NCBI GenBank assembly: GCA_016927185.1
Contig: JAFGND010000031.1
Span: 1-37,911, forward strand
Source of the DNA: Candidatus Coatesbacteria bacterium
Lineage (GTDB): Bacteria; JAFGND01
DNA: 37,911 bases
Reading direction: 5' to 3'
The position numbers were made by a program, and so were the translations under genes. Below, piece after piece: positions 27,751 through 35,798 of this stretch (its first letter is position 1; each line of letters opens with the position of its first letter). The notes beneath the pieces were generated by a model. It was not told the DNA's origin, did not search any database, and saw only the letters and a program-made list of their open reading frames with translations.

Positions 27751-28693
27751 CCAGACATCAAAAACCCCAGCTATCAAGGTTATTGATATTTCAATGAGAT
27801 ATGGAGCTCAGTTGGCTCTCAGGCATCTTTCTTTCGAAGTTCCTCCAGGAGAGATTTATGGTTTTATCGGACCTAATGGTGCAGGCAAGACAACAACCAT
27901 GAGGATTTTGGCAACACTTCTTGCTCCAACTTCAGGAGAAGCATTTGTTTTCGGTTATTCGTCAACCAGAGAACCTGATGAAGTGAGAAGAAGAATGGGT
28001 TTCATGCCAGATGTTTTTCAGGCGTATTATGACCTTTCAGTTATAGATTATCTCAGATTTTTTGCCTCAGCATATGGATTCGAATTTAGCGAAGGAGATC
28101 AGATAATAGCAGATATTCTTTCTCTTACGGAGCTTGATAATATAAAAAACAAGCGGATAACAGGATTATCCAGAGGAATGAAACAGAGATTGAGTCTTGC
28201 AAGAGTATTGGTTCATAATCCTCAAGTACTTATACTTGATGAACCTGCTTCAGGACTGGATCCACGAGCCAGGATGGAACTTCAGAGTATACTTCTCGAA
28301 CTACAGAAAATGGGAAAAACCATATTGATTTCATCACATATACTTGCAGAACTCAAGGAAATATGTACTTCAATAGGGATTATAGAAGAAGGGGAAATGA
28401 AATATAGCGGAAGCCTGCAAAGAGCTTTGCAAACTCTCAAGCCTTATAGAGAGCTAAGGATCGAGTTTTCAGGACCTCCTCTGGAGAATAAAGATGTATT
28501 ATGCGAGTATTCACAAATTGTATCATATAAATGGTCAGACTCTTCAATAGTTGTTCAATTATCTCCTTCATGCGACGATGTGAGTTTTCTCCCTAAATTA
28601 TTAATAGATAAAGGATTAAGGATACAGACTATTTCAGAAAATAAGCTGAAACTTGAAGAGCTGTTTTTGAGAATGACTGGTGGTGAAGATTGA
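27740..28693 (+). CDS. ABC-2 type transporter ATP-binding protein
   Basis: GPNGAGKTT, LSRGMKQR, ILDEPASGLDP, ISSH. Confidence 0.95.
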   Translation: MAISQTSKTPAIKVIDISMRYGAQLALRHLSFEVPPGEIYGFIGPNGAGKTTTMRILATLLAPTSGEAFVFGYSSTREPDEVRRRMGFMPDVFQAYYDLSVIDYLRFFASAYGFEFSEGDQIIADILSLTELDNIKNKRITGLSRGMKQRLSLARVLVHNPQVLILDEPASGLDPRARMELQSILLELQKMGKTILISSHILAELKEICTSIGIIEEGEMKYSGSLQRALQTLKPYRELRIEFSGPPLENKDVLCEYSQIVSYKWSDSSIVVQLSPSCDDVSFLPKLLIDKGLRIQTISENKLKLEELFLRMTGGED

Positions 28694-30348
28694 TAAATCC
28701 ACTTTTCCTGAGGGAGACCTCTTTCTTCAACGAAAAGCAAGAGGGGATTCTTATAAGATTTCTTTTCCCATTGGTTATCTATGGATTATTCCTCCTCTTT
28801 TTTCTTATAGCTTCTCTTGATCCAAAATTCAATCCAATTTCTCTTGGCTTTTATTTCTTCATAGTTCTTGAGTGGATAATATTCGTTTTGAGCCTTCTAT
28901 TATTGCTTGGAAGCACTTCAAGAACAATCACTTCTGAAAAAGAAAACGGTACGCTAGAGATATTGCTTCTGACCCCCATTTCTGCAAGGGGAATAGTAAG
29001 TGGTAAGTATATTGCATCATTATGGAATGCTTTTAATTTCGTATCCCTGGTTCTGCCGCTTGCAGGAATACTCATAGGATTGGGGGGATTCAATCCGGTA
29101 AGAATCCTGTCAGCCACTTTTCTGATGATTATAACGCTTATTGGAGTGGCAGCATTGGGAATTCTTTTCTCTGCATTATCAAAGAAGTCAGTTACGGCAT
29201 TTTTCATAAGTCTTTTTGCTTTTCTTGGTTTTAATTTATTGTCTCTACCACTTGCTTTTATCCCTGAAAAAAAGGTGCCTTCTATTATTAATGAAGCAGT
29301 AAAATATGTTATACTTACACTGAATCCAGTTTACAATCTAAATCATCTATTGCTAGTATCAGAACCCTATTATATACCTACAATAATATATTCATTGCTT
29401 GTTTTGTTTTTTTCATTCATAGCATTAAATCTATGTATCAAAATAATAGAGAAGCAGAGAGAATTAAGAGTCCCTGAGAACAAGAAAGTATTTCTTGCGA
29501 TTGAAAACAAAGATTCAATGCAGAAATCATTTACTGAAAAAGAAAAAGAAGTAGATGACAGTTTATTGATAAGATTTGATTTCAAATCAAAGGAAAATCC
29601 CATTTACTTTTTAACATGCAAAACCTCAGGTATTCTAAGCAAGGTTAATTATCTATCAAAAAAGAAATATCTATTAATCCTGTTATTATGCCTTATTCTT
29701 GGAATACCAATTAGCCTTATACCTTTAGGAAATTATCTTGTTTACATTGCATTAATATATCAGATATCAGCCAGTATTATTTCAGAAAGGGAAAGCGGTT
29801 TTTTTCAAATTCTCCTTTCAACACCTTTCCCTGACAACAAGTTTATAAAAGGCAAGATTCTTGGTTTTTTCAAGATTTCAATACCTATAATATTCTTGCA
29901 GTTAGGATCACCTATTACAAGAGCTATTGGTGCTAGCTTTTTAATGTCGCAATTAGTCTTCTGGCAGAAAATACTATTAATGATTCCAATATTTCTTGCA
30001 GGAGTTTTGGATGTTTTCATATACTCCTTTTTTGTTATTCTGGTTTCTATATATATCTCTTCAAATACGAAAGACATATTTCAAAGCAGTCTTAAAATTT
30101 TCATAACCATGCTTGTTATGGGAGCTATTGTGATATCTGCTAATTATTTCGGGATGTTTATTGCTTTAATCCCTATTGCTATCCTTAGCACGGTAACCAA
30201 AGGGACTTTTTATATTGCTTCAGCAATAACTGCTGGAGGGATTATAATCATTTACCTAATACCAATAATTATATATCTCCCTGGAGTGCTTGTTGTTTAT
30301 CAACTTATAAAAAATAGTCTTAGAAAGAGACTTCTTATGGCTAGTTAG
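28690..30348 (+). CDS. ABC-2 type permease with duplicated permease module
   Basis: ITSEKENGTLEILLLTP..IVSGK and ISERESGFFQILLSTP..FIKGK; TTG start overlapping upstream TGA. Confidence 0.88.
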   Translation: MINPLFLRETSFFNEKQEGILIRFLFPLVIYGLFLLFFLIASLDPKFNPISLGFYFFIVLEWIIFVLSLLLLLGSTSRTITSEKENGTLEILLLTPISARGIVSGKYIASLWNAFNFVSLVLPLAGILIGLGGFNPVRILSATFLMIITLIGVAALGILFSALSKKSVTAFFISLFAFLGFNLLSLPLAFIPEKKVPSIINEAVKYVILTLNPVYNLNHLLLVSEPYYIPTIIYSLLVLFFSFIALNLCIKIIEKQRELRVPENKKVFLAIENKDSMQKSFTEKEKEVDDSLLIRFDFKSKENPIYFLTCKTSGILSKVNYLSKKKYLLILLLCLILGIPISLIPLGNYLVYIALIYQISASIISERESGFFQILLSTPFPDNKFIKGKILGFFKISIPIIFLQLGSPITRAIGASFLMSQLVFWQKILLMIPIFLAGVLDVFIYSFFVILVSIYISSNTKDIFQSSLKIFITMLVMGAIVISANYFGMFIALIPIAILSTVTKGTFYIASAITAGGIIIIYLIPIIIYLPGVLVVYQLIKNSLRKRLLMAS

Positions 30349-30360
30349 AAAGGAGTTTAA

Positions 30361-31362
30361 ATGTTACGAAAGTGTTTGTTAGTTGTTTTATTTCTGTTTC
30401 TTAATATAAACCAATCATATGCAGAGTTATCTGAGGAGATGGAAGATAAAATTGAATCAATCATCAAGAAAATCGGTTTTGAAAATGAAATGAATATAGA
30501 GAATAGAAAAGCCAAAATACTGGAAATAGAGAAAGAATTATTGAAAATCCTGGATGAAAAAGTAACTGACAATGATAAGATGGAAGTTTATATTATCCTG
30601 TACAGGATTTTTTCCCCTATTGATGTCAAGAAAGCTGTTTCATATATAGATAAAGCTTTGGAAACCAAGGGAATTTCAGAAAGATATTCAGGCATGCTAA
30701 AGCTCACCAAAGCTTATCATCTGGGTAATGATTTTGGAGATCTTGATAATGCAAGAAAGGCATTTTCTGACATCAGGAAAGAGTATTCGAAAAGTATAGA
30801 ATTATTGACAGGTGCCTATAATCTTGAAATAAATCTTCTTATTTCCAAAGATAAAAAGGATGAAGCATTGAAGCTTATAAAGGAATTCAAGGCAGTAAAC
30901 AAGAAAGTGGCAGATAATATTGAAAAGGAAATCAGCATTCTTGGTTCAAAAGTACCAGATGATAAAATAGAGGATGTAAAGGAAGGTAAATCATTTTCTA
31001 TAAAAGATTTCAGGGGGAAATATATATTGATAGACTTCTGGGCTACATGGTGCGGACCTTGTATAAATGAGATACCAACTATTGAGGAAGCACATAAGAG
31101 ATTTAATAAGTCAGGATTGGTTGTAATAAGCATTTCTCTGGACAGAGAAAAGAAAGACTGGCTGGAGTTTTTAAAAAAGCATAAGGCAGAATGGAAACAG
31201 GGACATTTATCATGGGAACCAGGTAATAAGCTCATTGAATTTTTTTCTGTAAATTACATTCCATCAGTTTTTTTGATAGATCCAAAGGGAAATGTTATTG
31301 CCAAGAATTTAAGAGGTGAAGCCCTGATTAGGAAACTGGAAGAAACTTTTAAAGAAAAATAG
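30361..31362 (+). CDS. Exported TlpA/ResA-family thiol-disulfide oxidoreductase with helical N-terminal domain
   Basis: Signal peptide; IDFWATWCGPC, ISLD, YIP, LIDPKG; AAGGAG RBS. Confidence 0.92.
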   Translation: MLRKCLLVVLFLFLNINQSYAELSEEMEDKIESIIKKIGFENEMNIENRKAKILEIEKELLKILDEKVTDNDKMEVYIILYRIFSPIDVKKAVSYIDKALETKGISERYSGMLKLTKAYHLGNDFGDLDNARKAFSDIRKEYSKSIELLTGAYNLEINLLISKDKKDEALKLIKEFKAVNKKVADNIEKEISILGSKVPDDKIEDVKEGKSFSIKDFRGKYILIDFWATWCGPCINEIPTIEEAHKRFNKSGLVVISISLDREKKDWLEFLKKHKAEWKQGHLSWEPGNKLIEFFSVNYIPSVFLIDPKGNVIAKNLRGEALIRKLEETFKEK

Positions 31363-31378
31363 TGATAAATAAGGTTTG

Positions 31379-32164
31379 CTAAAAACCGAAATATTTCCTT
31401 AAACCTTCTGAAATATTCATGAAAGGCTGGGAGAGAAATCCTCCTAAAGCCAGGAATGGTCCTAGAGGGAATTCATCCTTTCTTCCTTTCATTCCTGATA
31501 CAAGAAAGAATATTGCGAATATGCCACTAACAAAAAAAGCAATGAACAAAGCTGTAACCATGTTTTTAACCCCCAAAAAACTGCCAAGAAATGCAGCAAA
31601 TACCAAGTCTCCTCCTCCCATAGCTTCTTTTTTATAGATATATTTACCTACAAGCCCAATCATTCCCATTATAGCAAATCCAGCTGCACAAGCAAGATAG
31701 TAATCCCACCAGGTATTTCTGAACAAAGCCCATAACAAACCTGTGAATATTCCGAATAGACTCAAGCTGAAAGGAAGCATCTGTGTTTCAATATCAATAA
31801 CTGATTGAGAATAAAGAACTGAAACAAATATAAACAATGGGATTAATTCTAAGTTACTGGAAAAATTTTTCAAATACAGGAAATACTGGATTCCAAAAAG
31901 CATTCCTGTCGTTAGTTCTATTACAGGATATCGCAGCGGTATCCTGCAATTACATTTCCTGCATTTCCCTTTAAGTATTATCCAACTCAGTATTGGAATA
32001 TTGTCATAAGCTTTTATTGGATACTTACAAATAGGACAGTGAGATGAAGGAAAGACAATACTTTCTCCCTTTGGAAACCTGCAGATTACAACATTCAGGA
32101 AACTGCCAACACATAAACCCAGAATAATCACCAAAATGCCTGATAAAAGTACTTCTGAACCCAA
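31379..32164 (-). CDS. pilD: Type IV prepilin peptidase / N-methyltransferase
   Basis: GSFLNVVI, SHCPIC, GKCRKC, IDIE, MGGGD, PLGPFL. Confidence 0.95.
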   Translation of the reverse strand: MGSEVLLSGILVIILGLCVGSFLNVVICRFPKGESIVFPSSHCPICKYPIKAYDNIPILSWIILKGKCRKCNCRIPLRYPVIELTTGMLFGIQYFLYLKNFSSNLELIPLFIFVSVLYSQSVIDIETQMLPFSLSLFGIFTGLLWALFRNTWWDYYLACAAGFAIMGMIGLVGKYIYKKEAMGGGDLVFAAFLGSFLGVKNMVTALFIAFFVSGIFAIFFLVSGMKGRKDEFPLGPFLALGGFLSQPFMNISEGLRKYFGF

Positions 32165-32172
32165 TCTATATC

Positions 32173-33327
32173 CTACAGATTAAACGACCAGCTATATGAA
32201 TAAGAAGAGGCTCCAGGTGCTGCTGAGAAACTTAATGATTGAAGGACTCTTCTTATCTCTGATCTCAGCTCAGAAGGCATGTTTCCGCCTGATACATTAA
32301 CATTTGTTACATTACCTGAAGAATCTACTATTATTGAACATGTTACTGTCCCTGACAAAGTTGCACCCCTGTTTACATATCGCTGTATGAGTTGCTGTAT
32401 TGATCCCCTTGTGGTTCTGCTTGCCTTGGCGGATATCTCGCCACCATCTCTCTTAACGACATCCTTTGATGATTTATCATTATTATATTTATACTGGTGG
32501 CTTTGTGCAGAGAGTTTCTCTCTTTTTCTTCCATGTCTGTCTATATAGAACTGAGTTGGAGCATCAGGACTCTTGTCTGCAGTGGAAGCATTGTTATTGC
32601 TTGCTTCCTCGCTATTTTCCTGATCCGAAGGCTGACTGCTGGTTTGATTACCTGAATTATCAACCTGATTAGACTGATTTGAAGAATATTGATTGCCAGT
32701 ATCCTTCTTCATTGCCTTATCAACAACCTTGATAGCCTCTGTTTTTCTTGCGCTTGTCTCAGTTACCTTTCCTTTCCCGAGATCTCCCAGATTTATTCCA
32801 ATGCTTTGTCCGATGTCTCTCCTGAAAATGAAAAGGGCAATTATGCCTGCTGCTATAACTCCAAACAAGGTATATAATTCTGTTGGTTTTTTCTTTACAT
32901 CAAGTCTTTCTTCCTCTTTGTGTATCAATTCGTTAAGTTGCTTTATATGATCCTGTGATACTGCCTTATCCCTTTTAACCATTCTCTTTTTGTGTACCCA
33001 GTCTTCAACAGCAATCAATACATCAAATCTTCTGGTTGGTTCATTCTCCAGTAAAAATTCATCAGCCTGGATTTGAGCTAATTCCTTGTTGGCAATTATT
33101 GGGCGTTCAGCGAACAATCTTTTGAGAAGAAGAAACTCCTCTTTCTGGATTTTCCCGTTTCTCAATGCTTTTTTAAGGGGACTGAGATCTGGTTCGTAAT
33201 TATCCCAGTCATAATATCCAGCAACTTTTACTTCATCTTCAATATCATCAAAAAGACCTTTATGAGCAGATATCTCTTGCTTGCTATCTTCCAGACCTGT
33301 CTGGTTTTCAATCTTTTTTGTTTTCAT
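32173..33327 (-). CDS. Membrane protein with C-terminal TonB/AgmX-PglI-like domain
   Basis: Cytoplasmic N-domain, single TM, S/N/Q-rich linker, SGTVTCSIIVDSSGNVTNV..IRRVLQSLSF. Confidence 0.65.
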   Translation of the reverse strand: MKTKKIENQTGLEDSKQEISAHKGLFDDIEDEVKVAGYYDWDNYEPDLSPLKKALRNGKIQKEEFLLLKRLFAERPIIANKELAQIQADEFLLENEPTRRFDVLIAVEDWVHKKRMVKRDKAVSQDHIKQLNELIHKEEERLDVKKKPTELYTLFGVIAAGIIALFIFRRDIGQSIGINLGDLGKGKVTETSARKTEAIKVVDKAMKKDTGNQYSSNQSNQVDNSGNQTSSQPSDQENSEEASNNNASTADKSPDAPTQFYIDRHGRKREKLSAQSHQYKYNNDKSSKDVVKRDGGEISAKASRTTRGSIQQLIQRYVNRGATLSGTVTCSIIVDSSGNVTNVNVSGGNMPSELRSEIRRVLQSLSFSAAPGASSYSYSWSFNL

Positions 33328-33395
33328 AGCTCTGGATATCTCCTTTCCTTTCCTAGTAAGAAATCTATTTCAGAAAGTCCTGTCAAGATAAATTA

Positions 33396-34226
33396 TCAGA
33401 AAAAAAGAAATTTATTCCCTTTTTTTTTGCTTTCCCTTGTAAATTGCTTTTCATTAAGATCATAAGATTGTCCAGGTGCTATCACATCAATCCTTGCATT
33501 GGATAGAGAGATTGGTTCTCCATAATCAATCTGATCAACATTAGTATTAATTATGTTAGCACCATCTACAATCATAACTATGCTCGTGCCAACTACCCTG
33601 GCAATATTCTCAGATGCTATTACTAATGCGGTATCTTCTCCTATACCTATTCCTAAAAGGCTGTTATTTATTGCTACTACCTGCAGTAACCTGCCTATTC
33701 TTGCTCTTGCCTCGAAGTGAGTGTCTATCACTGAGTTAGAGATAAATCCAAAACCGGGTGAAACTTTCACATCTCCATAATAAAAGGAATCTTCACTTGC
33801 TCCTTCATGAATCATTGGATTGCTTAGACAAGCAGCTCCAGCTGAAGTTCCTGCTATAATAATCCCTTCAGAAAACCTCTGTTCAAGTTTTTTTATGAAA
33901 CTTGTTCCCCCAAGAATCGTAGTGAGACGTAATTGAGATCCACCAGAAAACAGTACAGCATCAAGACTTGCCAATGCAGCTGAGTATCTGTCCTCATCTG
34001 CATCTTCTGCTCTTCTTATATCAAAATGATAAATCTCCGCTACTCCTATCTGGGAAAATGCACTCCTGTACTTGCCGATAACATCTCTCTCGTGCTCAGT
34101 TGCTGTAGTGATGACTCCTATTTTTGCCTTTGTCCCGCCTGCTTCCGACACTAGCTCGTTGAGAACTATCTTGTCTTTGCTTGTATCTTCTCCTCCACCA
34201 ATAATAAACAAAGTTCCCTTGTTCAT
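33396..34226 (-). CDS. cphB: Cyanophycinase (peptidase S51), intracellular
   Basis: IIGGGED, GGSQLRL, AGTSAGA (Ser), DTHF (His), RIGRL, GIGEDT (Glu); no signal peptide. Confidence 0.93.
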   Translation of the reverse strand: MNKGTLFIIGGGEDTSKDKIVLNELVSEAGGTKAKIGVITTATEHERDVIGKYRSAFSQIGVAEIYHFDIRRAEDADEDRYSAALASLDAVLFSGGSQLRLTTILGGTSFIKKLEQRFSEGIIIAGTSAGAACLSNPMIHEGASEDSFYYGDVKVSPGFGFISNSVIDTHFEARARIGRLLQVVAINNSLLGIGIGEDTALVIASENIARVVGTSIVMIVDGANIINTNVDQIDYGEPISLSNARIDVIAPGQSYDLNEKQFTRESKKKGNKFLFF

Positions 34227-34618
34227 AAGAGTTTCTTGTCTCTTTCTATTTCTTTCACTTTGTTTATCTTGTAATCTAACCCCTTGACTTTATTCTCAAG
34301 AAGCTTGACAGATTCTCTTTCTGAAGATGCCGGAATATAGAAAACCGTTTCTATCTGATAGAAGGAAGATATGTTTTCACAATAGTTTCTGAGTGAGAAA
34401 ATCAGACATTCAGGTTCATTTACTGCCTTGAGATATTCTTCTATCTCTTCCTCTTTCAGGTATTTCTTCAGAAAGTCATGATATAACTTGCAGATATTCT
34501 CTTCAGTAGAGTTTAAACTACTACTACACAGAATCTCTTTTTGCCATTTCAAGTAAATATTTTCGTATTTTTCCTTTTTTTCTGCATCAATCAGCATCCA
34601 TTTATCCTTATTTCTCAA
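34223..34618 (-). CDS. Hypothetical protein inside cyanophycin operon
   Basis: 131-aa ORF overlapping the iadA stop and the cphB start (ATGA). Confidence 0.6.
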   Translation of the reverse strand: MRNKDKWMLIDAEKKEKYENIYLKWQKEILCSSSLNSTEENICKLYHDFLKKYLKEEEIEEYLKAVNEPECLIFSLRNYCENISSFYQIETVFYIPASSERESVKLLENKVKGLDYKINKVKEIERDKKLL

Positions 34619-35789
34619 AAGTTCCTTTCTTGAGGATTATCCCGTCAGCAAGGAGAATGTTCCCCTTAGATATAATATAATTGATATTCAAATCCTTGTC
34701 AAGCAATACAATATCTGCATCATAACCTTCCTTGAGGTAGCCTTTTCTTTTAAGCTTGTAAATATCTGCCACATTAGCGGTTACAGGCAATATTGCATCC
34801 TGAAGATTAATCTCTTCATCAAGAACAGCTTCACGCATTTCCCTGAAAATCGAGAACATATCTCCCACTTTCAGGCTTATAAGGTTGCCGTTTATATCGA
34901 AATCAGGCAGGCTACCTCCTCCATCCGAGCTGATTGTTATTTTCCTTATATCCACTCCTGATAAAATCAACTCTTTCAAAGCTTTTGAAGGTTTTGTTTC
35001 ATACTGGGGATAATATGGATAGCTGCTTGCCGTGATATCCAGATATCCTCCTTTTTTACCATATTCCTTTGCCTGTTCGAATATGTCAGAGTTCCTGTTT
35101 ATATGTGTCGGCAGGAACTGGGTAATTGGCAAGGTAGAGCAACCGATCACATCATAAACCGGCTGGAAGTGATTTTTTCCTTCAGGCATGTCACCCATAT
35201 GAAGGTTTACTATTCCTGCCTTTCCGGCTAACATTCCGGCAACTCTTGCGTGTTCAGCCAGTCTGAGAAGTTCTTTTGTGGAAGGCCAGCTGGATCTGTG
35301 GTCGCTTACAGCAATTTCTCCAACACCAATGCACTCCTTGATAAGGCAAATATCACGCTCTATGCTTCCTGTAAGAGTTATTGGAGGATACTGGTAAGCA
35401 CCAGTCAGAATCCATGCTGAAACTCCTTCTTCCTTCAGGGATTTAGCCTTCATCAGGACGCTCTCGACATTCCTGGTAATCCCGTCAGTGCCCAGGCAGC
35501 CAACAACCCCTGTTATTCCGCCAGATAACATATCTGAAAGCTGGATTTCAGGAGTTCTTGTTTTTGGTCCGCCTTCGCCTCCAGCACCTGCAATATGAAC
35601 ATGACAGTCTATCAAGCCAGGAATTGCCTGAAATTTGGAGCAGTTTATTACAACACACTCAAGTCCTTTTGGAATTTCAATATTATCAGAAATGCTTAAA
35701 ATCCTGCTTGATCCAAGAAGTATATCCTTTTTCCCAATGAATTCTGGAGAATATACTTCAGTTCCTTTCAGTAGCGTAAGACTGCTCAT
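34608..35789 (-). CDS. iadA: Isoaspartyl dipeptidase (beta-aspartyl peptidase, amidohydrolase family)
   Basis: DCHVHIAGAGGEGG, RTPE, LGTDGITR, TGAY, SDHRSS, HMGD, PTHINR, SSDGGGSLP; AGGAG RBS. Confidence 0.95.
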   Translation of the reverse strand: MSSLTLLKGTEVYSPEFIGKKDILLGSSRILSISDNIEIPKGLECVVINCSKFQAIPGLIDCHVHIAGAGGEGGPKTRTPEIQLSDMLSGGITGVVGCLGTDGITRNVESVLMKAKSLKEEGVSAWILTGAYQYPPITLTGSIERDICLIKECIGVGEIAVSDHRSSWPSTKELLRLAEHARVAGMLAGKAGIVNLHMGDMPEGKNHFQPVYDVIGCSTLPITQFLPTHINRNSDIFEQAKEYGKKGGYLDITASSYPYYPQYETKPSKALKELILSGVDIRKITISSDGGGSLPDFDINGNLISLKVGDMFSIFREMREAVLDEEINLQDAILPVTANVADIYKLKRKGYLKEGYDADIVLLDKDLNINYIISKGNILLADGIILKKGTFEK

Positions 35790-35798
35790 TTCAATCTC

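Noticed and set aside
32560-32700. Low-complexity S/N/Q stretch as a DNA repeat
   Set aside because: Protein linker bias only; no regular nucleotide repeat unit.
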